Below, in pieces: positions 1-10,402 of a stretch of 64,000 bases of DNA. Every line of letters begins with the position of its first letter. Position 1 is the stretch's first letter. Made by a program: the position numbers and the translations under genes. The notes below the pieces were generated by a model. It worked only from the letters and a program-made list of their open reading frames with translations. It was not told where the DNA came from and searched no databases. The stretch comes from an uncultured Acetatifactor sp. (GTDB taxonomy: Bacteria; Bacillota; Clostridia; Lachnospirales; Lachnospiraceae): assembly GCA_910584865.1 (NCBI GenBank), contig CAJUCE010000026.1, positions 3,472 through 67,471 on the forward strand. The letters are read 5' to 3'.

Positions 1-100
1 CAGATGAAAAGGGATATTGGTATAACGATTAAAGCAGCAACTTCTGCATTGGCTTGCTTTTGCAATAAATCACAGCTTACATAAAGAGGAGGCATGAAAA

Positions 101-1045
101 TTGCTGCATGAAGATTTCTCTTATATAAAACACGGTTTTGCAGGACATCTTGCCGAACCCGACAATGGCAGTGACAGGGCTGTTATAGTCATAATGGGCG
201 GCGAACAAAGCCTGCTGCCTGGTATAAAAATAGCGGAAAGACTTGCCGATTACGGTATCACAGGATTGGCGGTGTCTTTGTTCGGAGCGGAGGGGATTCC
301 AGACTCTCCAAATCAATGCCCTCTTGAAATGTTTGAACCGGCGGTAAAATACCTTCGGGACGCAAAAAAGATAGCGCATATCAGCACCTATGGGCAGTCT
401 ATGGGTTCTGTTTTTGCGGCATTGACCGCACAGTATATCGATGGCATTGAAAATGTGGTTATGGTATCCCCGTCGCACGTTCCGTTTGAGGGAACGACAA
501 AGGATAAAAAGACTATGACCGGGCATAGCGTTGCCACGTGGCGTGGGCGGGATATTCCTTTTGTAAAACCTGACTTCGGTAAAGTCAAAATGCCAAAATA
601 TTATCGGCATTCAGCTGCCAAGTATAAGGTGATGGGAATGTGGATTGCGTTTTACGATGCTTATCGGGATAAGACTGCCGAAAAGGAGGCGTTTCTCCCG
701 CTTGAGAAAACAGGTGCAAGGATATTGCTGATCGCTGGAGGTGCGGACGAGGCATGGCCTGCGGAGTATTCCGTAAATGAGATCAGGACTTATTTAGAGA
801 ATAAGCATTATGAAAAAGAGGTCAGGGCGGTTGTTTATCCGAATGTCAGCCATCTGACGGGTATGATGCCGAACAGAGAGCGTGAAAAGAAGCTGTACAG
901 AATGATTCCTGTGATTGGGTTTCTTTACAGGAGTTTTGGAAAATACAAAAAAGAATGTATGAAGGAAGATTTGTGCCAGCGACCACGCCATGAATGCCGT
1001 CGAAGAAATGAGCGCCCTGAACCGGGATATGAAGACATTCTATGA
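101..1045 (+). CDS. Acyl-CoA thioester hydrolase/BAAT-like alpha/beta hydrolase; C-terminus probably chimeric
   Basis: GQSMG nucleophile elbow, ILLIAGGADEAWP, YPNVSH His motif. RBS GGAGG precedes ATG at 96, which is one base out of frame with the ORF (ATG AAA A TTG). Tail after ~962 looks unrelated. Confidence 0.7.
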   Translation: MLHEDFSYIKHGFAGHLAEPDNGSDRAVIVIMGGEQSLLPGIKIAERLADYGITGLAVSLFGAEGIPDSPNQCPLEMFEPAVKYLRDAKKIAHISTYGQSMGSVFAALTAQYIDGIENVVMVSPSHVPFEGTTKDKKTMTGHSVATWRGRDIPFVKPDFGKVKMPKYYRHSAAKYKVMGMWIAFYDAYRDKTAEKEAFLPLEKTGARILLIAGGADEAWPAEYSVNEIRTYLENKHYEKEVRAVVYPNVSHLTGMMPNREREKKLYRMIPVIGFLYRSFGKYKKECMKEDLCQRPRHECRRRNERPEPGYEDIL

Positions 1046-1112
1046 CGAGGCCGGAGCAATATATCCCGTTTGGCAGACGCTGGAGCGGGATGCCGGGCGG
1101 TATTTGAAATAA

Positions 1113-1818
1113 AGGAGCGAGAGATAAGGAAACAGACGGGAGCGTTAGGAAGTTTTGAAGATGAATTTTTAGATTCTTTTAGAGAATCGTCTTTTGCAGA
1201 GGAAATGGTAAGTGCTTTTGAAAGGCTTAATAGATGCTATTCTGCCTTAGAAGAAATTACTCTTTTTTACGATGATGAATTTCAGTCATATATGAATGGT
1301 ATAGATACAGCAGAAATACCGTGTTTTATAAAAAATGGAATGAACTGATGGAAAAATTAGAGGATATGGAAGTTTCAGATGATATTTCAGGAATAATAGA
1401 AATATCAGAATGGATAGAACAACAAATAGAAAACAATAATTATACAGACTTAATAGATTATTTACCAGACTCTATTGATTATGGTGATAAGATTGAATTT
1501 TATGGTGTTGAGAAAAAGAAGTATGAATTGTCAATGGATGAATTATATTTAAGTTGTCAAAATGGAGAGAAAGGTTGGTTAGAAATAGATTTATTTACTG
1601 AGAATGAAAGAATTGCAAGAGGAAATATTGAAATTACTTATGGATTTGTAAAGTTTGATGATGATGGTGGAGTTGCAGATGCGTGTGATGAAGATATTGA
1701 TTATCAAGCAGACAGAATAATTGCCTCTATTATAGAAATAGTGGATGAATTAGAGGAGTTTGTAGGTAATGAAAAAGAAATAGTTGAAGAAATCAGAAAT
1801 ATTTATGATATATGGTAA
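1113..1818 (+). pseudogene. Acidic hypothetical protein, 5'-truncated, probably one gene split by a frameshift in an A-run at ~1330
   Basis: ORFs 1070-1348 and 1321-1818 join naturally (CFIKKWNELMEKL) if one A is added; AT-rich. Confidence 0.45.
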
Positions 1819-1842
1819 AAACAGTAGTGGAAATGATATGGG

Positions 1843-2879
1843 GTGATATGTGTGCAGATAAATCTAAAAGGATACAAAGATTGGAATAAAGAGGATTTAG
1901 AGGCTATTCTTGATAATGAATCATACAAGGAAAGCGAGTATATTCATTATAAAGAGAACTTTGCAGTTTTAGAATGCCAGGATAAGAGACAACGGAAGGA
2001 AAAGCAAGATGAGTTCCGGCATGATGTATGTTCGTTTGCAAATTAGGTATTTTGCCTGTGGTTCCAAATGTAGGATTTTCATTTGTTCTGGCAGATGCAA
2101 ACAGATATGTTGTAGTAATCAAAATTGACAGAGGTGTGAATAAGCCATATTTGTATTTTGAAAATGAGGGGATATGCAAATTTTTTACAAGAAGGGGAAA
2201 TAGAAAGCAGACGATGAGTTATATGGAAATCAGAAATAATTTTTTGCAATCCAGACTTTTATCAGAAGAAATTAAAAGGTTCCGGGAAGAACGCCTAGAA
2301 CATTATAAAAGTGAAAATACACAAAAACCAATTGCGGTATTTCATATTATACCGGAAGACTTTCTCAATGAAAATCAGATGGAATTGTATGATTTAATAA
2401 AAGAAAAAAATATGAACTATCATAGTTTCTTCAACGGGCTGAGCATGGGACATACAGTACCTAATGTTGATGGTGTGTGTTTCCCTGATTATGGTTATGA
2501 GCATGGAGATTTTTTGCAGCTTTATAATAATGGTATCACTGAATTGTTTTATTGGGTTGAGACTAGGGAAGGACGGGAAGAAAGCTGGATTATAGGAGTA
2601 AAACTTTTGGAAAAAGTAGATGCCCTAATTGATGGAACAATGAAGTTTTATTAGAGGATGGGAAAGCATATACCCGTATATATATGTACTTCAATTTTTG
2701 GATGTAAAGGATTATGGAGTGACAATGATTTCTATTGTGATTATGTGGGTCAAGTAGACAGAGATGAAATACACTGTATGCCTATAGAGATTAAAGACAT
2801 CATCGATGAAACAGCTATAGATGAAATGCGGGAGAAAGTTCATAAAACAATTAAGTATGCATTAGGGATAAGGAAATAG
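1843..2879 (+). pseudogene. Schlafen/AlbA_2-domain protein, disrupted
   Basis: ESEYIHYKE...DVCSFAN then FFTRRGNRKQTMSYMEI motifs; frame break/deletion at ~2043; in-frame TAG at 2652-2654 continues into ORF 2658-2879. Confidence 0.7.
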
Positions 2880-3021
2880 TGTTTTTACATAAGCCGAGAA
2901 GAAATCCTCGTTTTCTATTGTCTAGAACAAGGTAGAAAGGATCTGGCATTATGATAAACACTGGAAAGCGATTAGTACAATTTATTTGCAAAAAATTTTT
3001 GTCCCATACTTGACAGATGCA

Positions 3022-3258
3022 AGCTATCCTTTGTGGTGGGGAATTGCGGTATGGCCAGTGAACAGCTTTGTTAAGGCAAATGACTTTGCAAGAAAAACGA
3101 TGATTCCTTTCTGTACATCTGTATTATCCGGATTAGGAGAGAGCGGAGAACTGCTGGCGAAGCTGGCAGGAAGCGGGGAATGGAAAGAAGGTATGAGGTT
3201 CCTGTCTAACGCATCAGATGAAGAGGCTGGGGAATGGATAGAATTTTTGGAACTATAA
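3022..3258 (+). pseudogene. Flavodoxin C-terminal fragment
   Basis: YPLWWG...KTMIPFCTS..SGLG motif; N-terminal FMN-phosphate loop absent. Confidence 0.7.
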
Positions 3259-3621
3259 ATGGGAAATGGTGTATAATATTTGAAAATAGGGAGCTACATA
3301 TAAAGAGAACAAAGTGGAGTGATTGGAAGGCTGTATTTATCTATGAAGGAGATGGCATAGCAGGTGAAATCCATAGGCTTCAAGGCAAAAAAAGCTAAAA
3401 GAAATGAAGAAACAAGTGTAAAGAATCAAATAATTATGATTTATAAATTGAAGTGGGAAAAAGTGCATGGCAGAGAATCAGCAACAGGACGGAAAGGATC
3501 CTGGCATAATGAGGAGTTAAAATTGTATTGTAGTTTTGTAAATGTTCAGGGTAATAAGATAGATATGGGATACATTGATTTGTGACAACAGTGTTGACAC
3601 AAGTTTGAAAGGTGGTAGGTT

Positions 3622-3991
3622 TTGATGAAAAATGAAATCTCATCAGCAGGTAATCTCATCCAGATTATTAGTCAATCAAGGCAGAATGCGCTGAAAAAGG
3701 TTAATGAAGAGTTAATTCAGATGTATTGGAAAGTGGGAGAATACCTGAGTACAGAATCAACGAAAGTATCATTTGGGGATGCTTATATAGATACAGTTGC
3801 AGAAGAGGTTCAAAATGCTTGGAATGATATTATGTGCATCTAAAGATGATGAAGTGGTTGAGTATGCTATGAGCAGAACATTGTCTCCAATGATGGTTGC
3901 AGAATATCAACTCCAATTGCCAGATAAGAATATATTGCAAAAGAAATTGCAGGAATTGATCAATATGCCTTTATTAGAAGAGGATGAGTAA
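3622..3991 (+). pseudogene. DUF1016/YhcG-like PD-(D/E)XK protein with large internal deletion
   Basis: N-terminal VNEELIQMYWKVGEYL joined out of frame at ~3819 to C-terminal GMILCASKDDEVVEYA...AEYQLQLPDK. Confidence 0.8.
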
Positions 3992-4120
3992 GTATTGGCA
4001 TTTAAGAATACGGTATGAAGCTGATCTTTAAAATATCGCTTAAAGTGCCAGGTGGAACTTAAAATGGCACTTTAAAAGATAAATATTGTCCGTGATTGAA
4101 AATGTATTTATACAATATAG

Positions 4121-4246
4121 CTGGAGATTGCAGAGAAGACAAAAGACTCAAAGAGAACAATAAAGCGCCTTATGAAAGCAGTTGTTGATAAAGATATGAT
4201 AGAGTACGTTAACGGACTGAAAATGGGGAAACGGGTTGAATGCTAA
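4121..4246 (+). pseudogene. Winged-HTH C-terminal remnant
   Basis: Manual translation LEIAEKTKDSKRTIKRLMKAVVDKDMIEYVNGLKMGKRVEC*; no start codon. Confidence 0.45.
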
Positions 4247-5433
4247 AGATGTAGAGTCGGAAATCCCGCATTGGGATTTGGGAAGAGATGTAGCCCAAAC
4301 TGTGAAACCACAGATAGATTTGCTTTTGAACTACATTATAAAATCAGTGAAAAACAAAGAAGAAAGTCGAAACAGGTACTTGCTTCCGTTAAAGTACCTG
4401 CTTTGTTATGTAGAGAATTCCGGACTTCAGGATATTCTAAAAATGGATGCGGATCAAGAAGCGGAATTTGCCTTGCTGTTAAGAAAGCAGATGGGTGAAT
4501 CTAATGTAAACGCTACAAAATTTATTGCATTCTGTAGGAAAACATTATTTCTGGAAGCGAAAGAGATTAACTGGGAAGCTAATGTCTGGTATGTGGAGAA
4601 ATTAAATATCTCTCCTGAAAGATACAGCCTTAGCAGCACAATAGACAGCTTCTCATTTTTAGATATTCGACGGGAAGATAATCGAAAGATGTTCCAAGAG
4701 TATCTAAAATATCTTTTTGTAGTTACGAATCTGAATCTGGGCACAATACGCATAAAACAAACCTGCATTAAAGAATTTCTTAGATATTTGGAGGAGCAGG
4801 AAAAAGCAGTAATCACGATAGATGCCATTTCGATAAAAGAATATTTTGAGAAACTGAGTATGCAGAGGATTAGCCCCCAAGGTTATAATAATAAGATTCG
4901 GGCGGTTACGATATTTCTTCAATATCTGCAGGTGAAAGATGATATAAATCATTTTACGATACCTGTTTTCTTTTATAAAAAGAAAAGCTATCCGAAGAAT
5001 TGTGAAGTTAAAAACTTGGATAAGAAGCTTGAAGATAGCTGGATGAAGGTACCAGGTATGAACAGGAGTATTCCTATACCAGATATCTTGCACTTACTTG
5101 TATTGAGGTATTCAGAAAAGAATCATATTGATATAGAAAGGCTGCTTTTTCTGAACAGGGATAAAAAATATACAGCAAGGAGTTTTGAAGAGGCGATTAC
5201 GAAACAATGTCTAAAATTCGGTATATTGGATGGAGAATATGTATTCAAAGGAAACGGATACCAAAAAGAATTATGTAAAGCCCTTTATCGAAACGGTACT
5301 TCAATGGGAGTACATGGGCTATTCTACGGATGAAACAGTAAAGAAATATATTGGATGGGTTGATGAGAAAGTGGCCAAGAAGTCAGATGAGTTTTTCAAA
5401 CAGGAAGAAAATAGTCTGGGAGGGAAACTGTTA
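4236..5433 (+). pseudogene. Degenerate tyrosine recombinase (Tn554/RIT-like)
   Basis: SAM-like core-binding region (GTIRIKQTCIKEFLRYL), C-terminal EYMGYSTDETVKKY box II reached after a frameshift at ~5305; appears truncated and internally deleted. Confidence 0.6.
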
Positions 5434-5814
5434 ATGGCAAAGTATGACAAGATGAATGAAGTGAATCGACAGGAAAGCGAGAAAAAGATACAACTTGCCA
5501 TTGCTGAGATCCATAGGACGGTGTCAGAGGGAAAACAGATATCCGTATCTGAACTTTCCAGAAATACGGGATTGTCAAAAGGATTCTTTTATAAGAACGA
5601 GCAAGTGAGAAACCTATTAAATGAAGAGAAAGAAAAGCGGGATCAGGGAACACTTGCCCAGATTAAGAGAGAAGTGCGAGATAAAAGCCTGGAGAAACAG
5701 GTAGAGCTATATCAAAGGGAAATAAAGAGGCTATTGGATGAAAATGAAAATTTGAAGAAGGAAAACCGGAAATTGGTTAGAGCGTTGAATAAGCTGCAAA
5801 AGGAAGTGAAATAG
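5434..5814 (+). CDS. DUF6262/TnpC-like transposon accessory protein (HTH + coiled coil)
   Basis: ISVSELSRNTGLSKGFFYKN HTH followed by a coiled coil; GGAGG upstream of ATG 5434; follows the recombinase. Confidence 0.7.
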   Translation: MAKYDKMNEVNRQESEKKIQLAIAEIHRTVSEGKQISVSELSRNTGLSKGFFYKNEQVRNLLNEEKEKRDQGTLAQIKREVRDKSLEKQVELYQREIKRLLDENENLKKENRKLVRALNKLQKEVK

Positions 5815-5973
5815 AGGAAAGTGTGCATAGCGTTTGAAAATAGTGGAAAATAGGAACTGTATACACAAACAGAAGATAAATTGTGTATGATGTTGGCAGG
5901 AAAAGGAGCAGAAGAAGCGCTTTGAGAAGAAGCGAAATTCTGGTTCTTTTTTTATTTTAATAAAGAGGAGATA

Positions 5974-6414
5974 TTGATGGATTATATAGAAATGGTGGAA
6001 AAGGTAAGGGAAGAACTGTTGCAGGAAGTGAACCGGAGATGTGATGCGCTGATCCGGAATTATCAGGAAGAGGAACAGGGAATCTCTTCCAGGCCTGAGA
6101 ACCAGAAACGCATACTGGCATGGGTTTCTCCAGCTACATTGAAAGGGAAGAAACCGGTCTCTATGACATTTGCATCCGGCGAAACAATAGCTACGCCTAC
6201 ATAGAAAAAGGTGGTCCAGACTATCCTGAAGCATTGCAACGAACAGCCGGACATGCACGAAAGACTTATACAGTTGAGAGGGAAGGTATTTGGAAGGCAG
6301 CGGACCATACTTGGAAAATTTCCGGAAAGGATGGATGTACCGATCCAGATCGATAAGGACTTATACTTTGAGGCGAAATTCGATACGGAAGCACTGCTGA
6401 CAATGATGACATGA
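5974..6414 (+). pseudogene. Hypothetical protein interrupted by an in-frame TAG at 6202-6204
   Basis: ORFs 5974-6204 and 6211-6414 are in the same frame; RBS AGGAG present. Confidence 0.55.
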
Positions 6415-6478
6415 TTCTATGGGATTCTGTTATCAAAAGGGTGTTGTATTTATCTGTTGGGAATGTGAGGGAATCGGA

Positions 6479-7176
6479 ATGAAGCCGAAGATGATTTTGA
6501 AACTGGCAGTTGATATTGGAATGACGGCGGCACTGCTTTTGCTTATGGCATACGAGCTGATTGGGCAGGCGGCCCATGAATGGATCGGCATTGGGATGTC
6601 TGCCCTTTTTATCATACACCATATCTTGAACGGCAGTTGGATCAGGAACATTTTGAAAGGGAGATATCATCCTGTGCGCATGATGCAGGCAGGGCTTGTA
6701 TTCTTGATACTTTGTACAATGGTCGGTTTGATGATAAGCGGCACTATCCTTTCCCGCCATGCACTGTCTTTTCTGCCCATAAAAGGCGGGCGCTCCTTTG
6801 CAAGGAATCTGCATATGGTTTCCGCCTATTGGGGGGTGTGCTGATGTCCGTCCATCTGGGCTTCCACTGGAGCATGATAACAGGGATGGCAAAGAGACTT
6901 TTTTCGAAACCGCCTGTGGTATGGAAGTGGGCAGGACGCGTTCTGGCGCTGGTGATTTCAGGATATGGAGTATACGCTTTCATAAAGAGGGACATCGGAG
7001 ATTACATGCTGCTCAGGAGCCATTTTGTCTTTTTCGATTATGAGGAGCCGCTGGTATTTTTCTATCTGGACTATATTGCGGTTATGGGACTGTTCCTATT
7101 GATTGGGAATTATGCCTGTGCGGGCCTTAGAATGATTGGCAGGGGGCAACGGGGGCAACGTGAAAGGAAACACTAA
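6479..7176 (+). pseudogene. DUF4405-like membrane protein, frameshifted at a G6 run (6831-6836)
   Basis: Multiple TM segments, HEWIG and HMVSAYWG / LMSVHLGFHW motifs split across two frames. Confidence 0.7.
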
Positions 7177-7230
7177 GCTCGAAAGGACCCCGCTAAGCGT
7201 TTTCGGACTTCACATGGAAAGTGAAAAGGT

Positions 7231-8268
7231 ATGGGAATGAAGAAAATCGTCTTTTTGTGCATGATGTATATGCTGATTATGGGGATTACCGGATGTTCAT
7301 GGAAACAAAATCAAAATATGGCAGAGCATTCGGAGTCTTTCTTTGCGATGGATACATACATGACCTTTACGGCATATGGAATGGATGCGGAGGCGGCTGT
7401 CCTCGCAGCGGAAGACAAAATAAGGGAGTTGGAGGCGTTATGGTCCGTTACAGATGAAAACAGTGATATTTATGCGGTCAATCACAGTGCAGGACAGACT
7501 GTAACGATAGACCAGAAGACGGCAGAACTGGTTTCCTTTGCGTTAGATATGGCAGAGAAAACAAATGGGGTTTTGGAACCAACAATTTATCCGGTTTTGA
7601 CAGCATGGGGATTTACGACAGGAGAGAACCGTATCCCCACAGAGATAGGACTGGCAGGGCTTTTGGATAAAGTCGGTTATGAAAAGGTAAAACTGAATGA
7701 AAATTAAATCCAGACAGAACCTGGCAGCATGATTGACATGGGTGCTGTGGGTAAAGGATATGCAGGGGATGAAGCGGCACAGGTTTTACGTGAACGTGGC
7801 ATTACCGCTGCACTGCTTGATATAGGAGGGAATATTCAGGCAATCGGAACAAAACCGGATGGGAGCGACTGGCGTGTAGGACTGAAAGATCCTTTTTCGG
7901 GAAATGTGCTTGGAATCTTTCAAATATCTGATATGGCTGTGGTCACCTCAGGAAATTACGAACGCTTTTTTGTCGGAGACGATGGCAAAACATATGGACA
8001 TATCGTTGATCCTGCGACGGGTCGTCCAGTGGAAAACGGTATCGCTTCGGTATCGATCATTGCCAGTGAAGGGAAATTGTGTGATGCACTCTCTACCGCA
8101 CTTTTTGTTATGGGTTTGGAACAGGCAAAAGAGTACTGGAGACAGCACAAGGATTATGAAATGATCCTGATTATGGAAGATGGAAATATATATCTGACAG
8201 AAGGAATAAGGGACAGGTTTTCTCTGAACAGTGATTATAAAGATATGAATATCAATGTCATCGACTGA
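7231..8268 (+). pseudogene. apbE: FAD:protein FMN transferase (ApbE) lipoprotein with nonsense codon
   Basis: Lipobox ITGC, FAMDT, DMGAVGKGYA, VVTSGNYERF, HIVDPATG, DALSTA; in-frame TAA at 7705-7707. Confidence 0.85.
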
Positions 8269-8498
8269 GGGAGGAACAAAAAGTGGTTTACAGAGATTAA
8301 GTTGTCTTTCAGGCCTTTGGGCGTTGACGCAATAAATAGTAGGAGTTTACGTGATCTGGCCGCACAAAGTTCAGGGCATAATTATGCTGTTGGCAGGTAT
8401 CAGCGATATGGTGGACGAAACCTATACCCAGGGGACATGGGAGGCTGAAGAAGAGGATTAGAATTATAACTCGTTTTGCGCGGAATCACAGGAATATC

Positions 8499-8527
8499 TT
8501 GACAAAATATGGAAAAAATGATACGCT
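8499..8527 (+). promoter_or_regulatory. Sigma-A promoter for the GH13 gene
   Basis: TTGACA-17 bp-TACGCT with TG extended -10. Confidence 0.55.
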
Positions 8528-8583
8528 GAATCCAACATATCGAAACTTTGCGAAAAATATTTTGTCAGGAGGTTACAGGTAAA

Positions 8584-10197
8584 GTGAAACAAAAAACAAA
8601 TAAGTTTCGGAAGATTTTCGTGTTATTTTTGGCATTTGTACTGGGGACGGCAAGCCTCACATCCTGCGGGAATTCGGGCTGGCGAAGCAAGGAAGTAACG
8701 GTAATCGACGATAACTACCGCACCTGGTATGAGATTTTTGTCTACTCCTTCTGCGACAGTGACGGAGACCAGGTAGGTGATCTCCAGGGGGTAATCTCGA
8801 AACTGGACTACATTGAGGACCTGGGCTTTAACGGAATCTGGCTCATGCCCATTATGCCTTCCCCTTCCTATCACAAATATGATGTGAAGGATTATCTGGA
8901 GATTGAACCCGAGTACGGTACCATGGCAGATTTTGAGGAGCTTGCGGCGGAATGCGACAAACGGGGCATCAAGCTGATCATTGACCTGGTACTGAATCAT
9001 ACCTCCTCGGAACACCCCTGGTTTGTGGCAGCCTGCGATTACCTGGAGTCCCTGGAGGAAAGAAAAGAGCCCTCTGCCAGCGAGTGCCCCTATTACGAAT
9101 ACTACAATTTCGTCAAGGGCAATCCAGGCTCCGACAACTGGTACCAGGTGGGCTCTACCGATTATTATTACGAAGGAATCTTCTGGAGCGGGATGCCGGA
9201 CGTGAACTTCGCAAGCCAGGCCGTGCGGAAGGAATTTGAGGGTATTGTGGACTTCTGGCTGGAGAAAGGGGCCGGGGGATTCCGTCTGGATGCGGTAAAG
9301 GAATTCTACAGCGGTGCCACCGGCCAGAATGTGGAAGTGCTGACCTGGCTCAACGATTATGTGAAATCCGTAAAACCAGATGCCTACATGGTGGGAGAAG
9401 CCTGGGAAGGGCTTGGCACCTATGCCCAGTATTACGCCAGCGGCATCGACAGCTTTTTTGATTTTGAATTCGCAGGGCCCACAGGGGTGGTGACAAAGAC
9501 GCTCACCTTCAGCGGAGAGAACAACAGCGCCCAAGCCTACGCCAAGGCTTTGTGCAGAGTGCAGAACGCCATCCGGGAATACCGGGAGGATGCCATTGAT
9601 GCTCCTTTCTTCGTCAATCATGACATGGCCCGGGCGGCAGGATACATGCAGTACGATGAACGGAAGGTAAAGATGGCCGCGCCGCTAAATATCCTTATGA
9701 GCGGCAGCGTCTTCGTATACTACGGGGAAGAGATCGGCATGACAGGCAGCGGAAAGGATGAGAACAAACGCGCTCCCATGTACTGGTCTGCCGATGCCCA
9801 GGCCAAAGGCATGACCAGGGGTCCCCTGGACATGGAGCCCCAGGAAAACCAGTTTGCCTGCGCCGAAGACCAGATGAAGTCCGATGATTCCATCTACAGC
9901 TTTTACAGGGATACCATCCTGCTGAGGAACCAGAATCCGGAGATTGCCCGTGGAATCGTGGCCAGGCTGGAGGAGATTACGGATCAGGATGTAGCCGCTA
10001 TTTCCAAAACATATAATGGGGAAACCATTTACCTGCTTTACAACATTTCCGAGACCGAGGAAAAGCAGGTTACCATGTCCGCCGGACAGTACGGGGAACT
10101 GGAAATCGCCGGATACCTTTCTGTCGACGGCGGGAAGGTCACCATGAAGGACGGAGTGGTTACATTGCCCGCCTACAGCGTAGTGGTTTTGCGCTGA
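8584..10197 (+). CDS. GH13 alpha-amylase family lipoprotein
   Basis: Lipobox LTSC, DLVLNHTS, GFRLDAVK, VGEAW, FFVNHD; GTG start after GGAGG. Confidence 0.9.
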   Translation: MKQKTNKFRKIFVLFLAFVLGTASLTSCGNSGWRSKEVTVIDDNYRTWYEIFVYSFCDSDGDQVGDLQGVISKLDYIEDLGFNGIWLMPIMPSPSYHKYDVKDYLEIEPEYGTMADFEELAAECDKRGIKLIIDLVLNHTSSEHPWFVAACDYLESLEERKEPSASECPYYEYYNFVKGNPGSDNWYQVGSTDYYYEGIFWSGMPDVNFASQAVRKEFEGIVDFWLEKGAGGFRLDAVKEFYSGATGQNVEVLTWLNDYVKSVKPDAYMVGEAWEGLGTYAQYYASGIDSFFDFEFAGPTGVVTKTLTFSGENNSAQAYAKALCRVQNAIREYREDAIDAPFFVNHDMARAAGYMQYDERKVKMAAPLNILMSGSVFVYYGEEIGMTGSGKDENKRAPMYWSADAQAKGMTRGPLDMEPQENQFACAEDQMKSDDSIYSFYRDTILLRNQNPEIARGIVARLEEITDQDVAAISKTYNGETIYLLYNISETEEKQVTMSAGQYGELEIAGYLSVDGGKVTMKDGVVTLPAYSVVVLR

Positions 10198-10220
10198 TTA
10201 TTTAACATTTTGCCAGGTTC

Positions 10221-10257
10221 AAAGAACAAATGGATGTAGCAATCCATTTGTTCTTTT
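10221..10257 (+). terminator. Intrinsic terminator hairpin
   Basis: AAAGAACAAATGGAT / ATCCATTTGTTCTTT 15-bp inverted repeat after the GH13 gene. Confidence 0.7.
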
Positions 10258-10402
10258 GTGTATAATGAAAATATGATGACAGGGTTCGCGAAGCGGACGG
10301 GGAAGGCAGCCGGCGTCTGAGACAGGCGTATGGCACAGCACACAGAAATCGAACATGACGCAGGGATGCAGAAAATCTGTACGGCGCAGAATGGAGGCAG
10401 CA

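Noticed and set aside
4040..4075. 11-bp inverted repeat TTAAAGTGCCA/TGGCACTTTAA as a recombination site
   Set aside because: It lies within a decayed coding remnant and has no partner site in the window; support is insufficient.
2652..7707. Stop-codon readthrough or recoding at the in-frame stops
   Set aside because: Stops are mixed TAG and TAA, co-occur with frameshifts and deletions, and TAG terminates intact genes elsewhere in the window.
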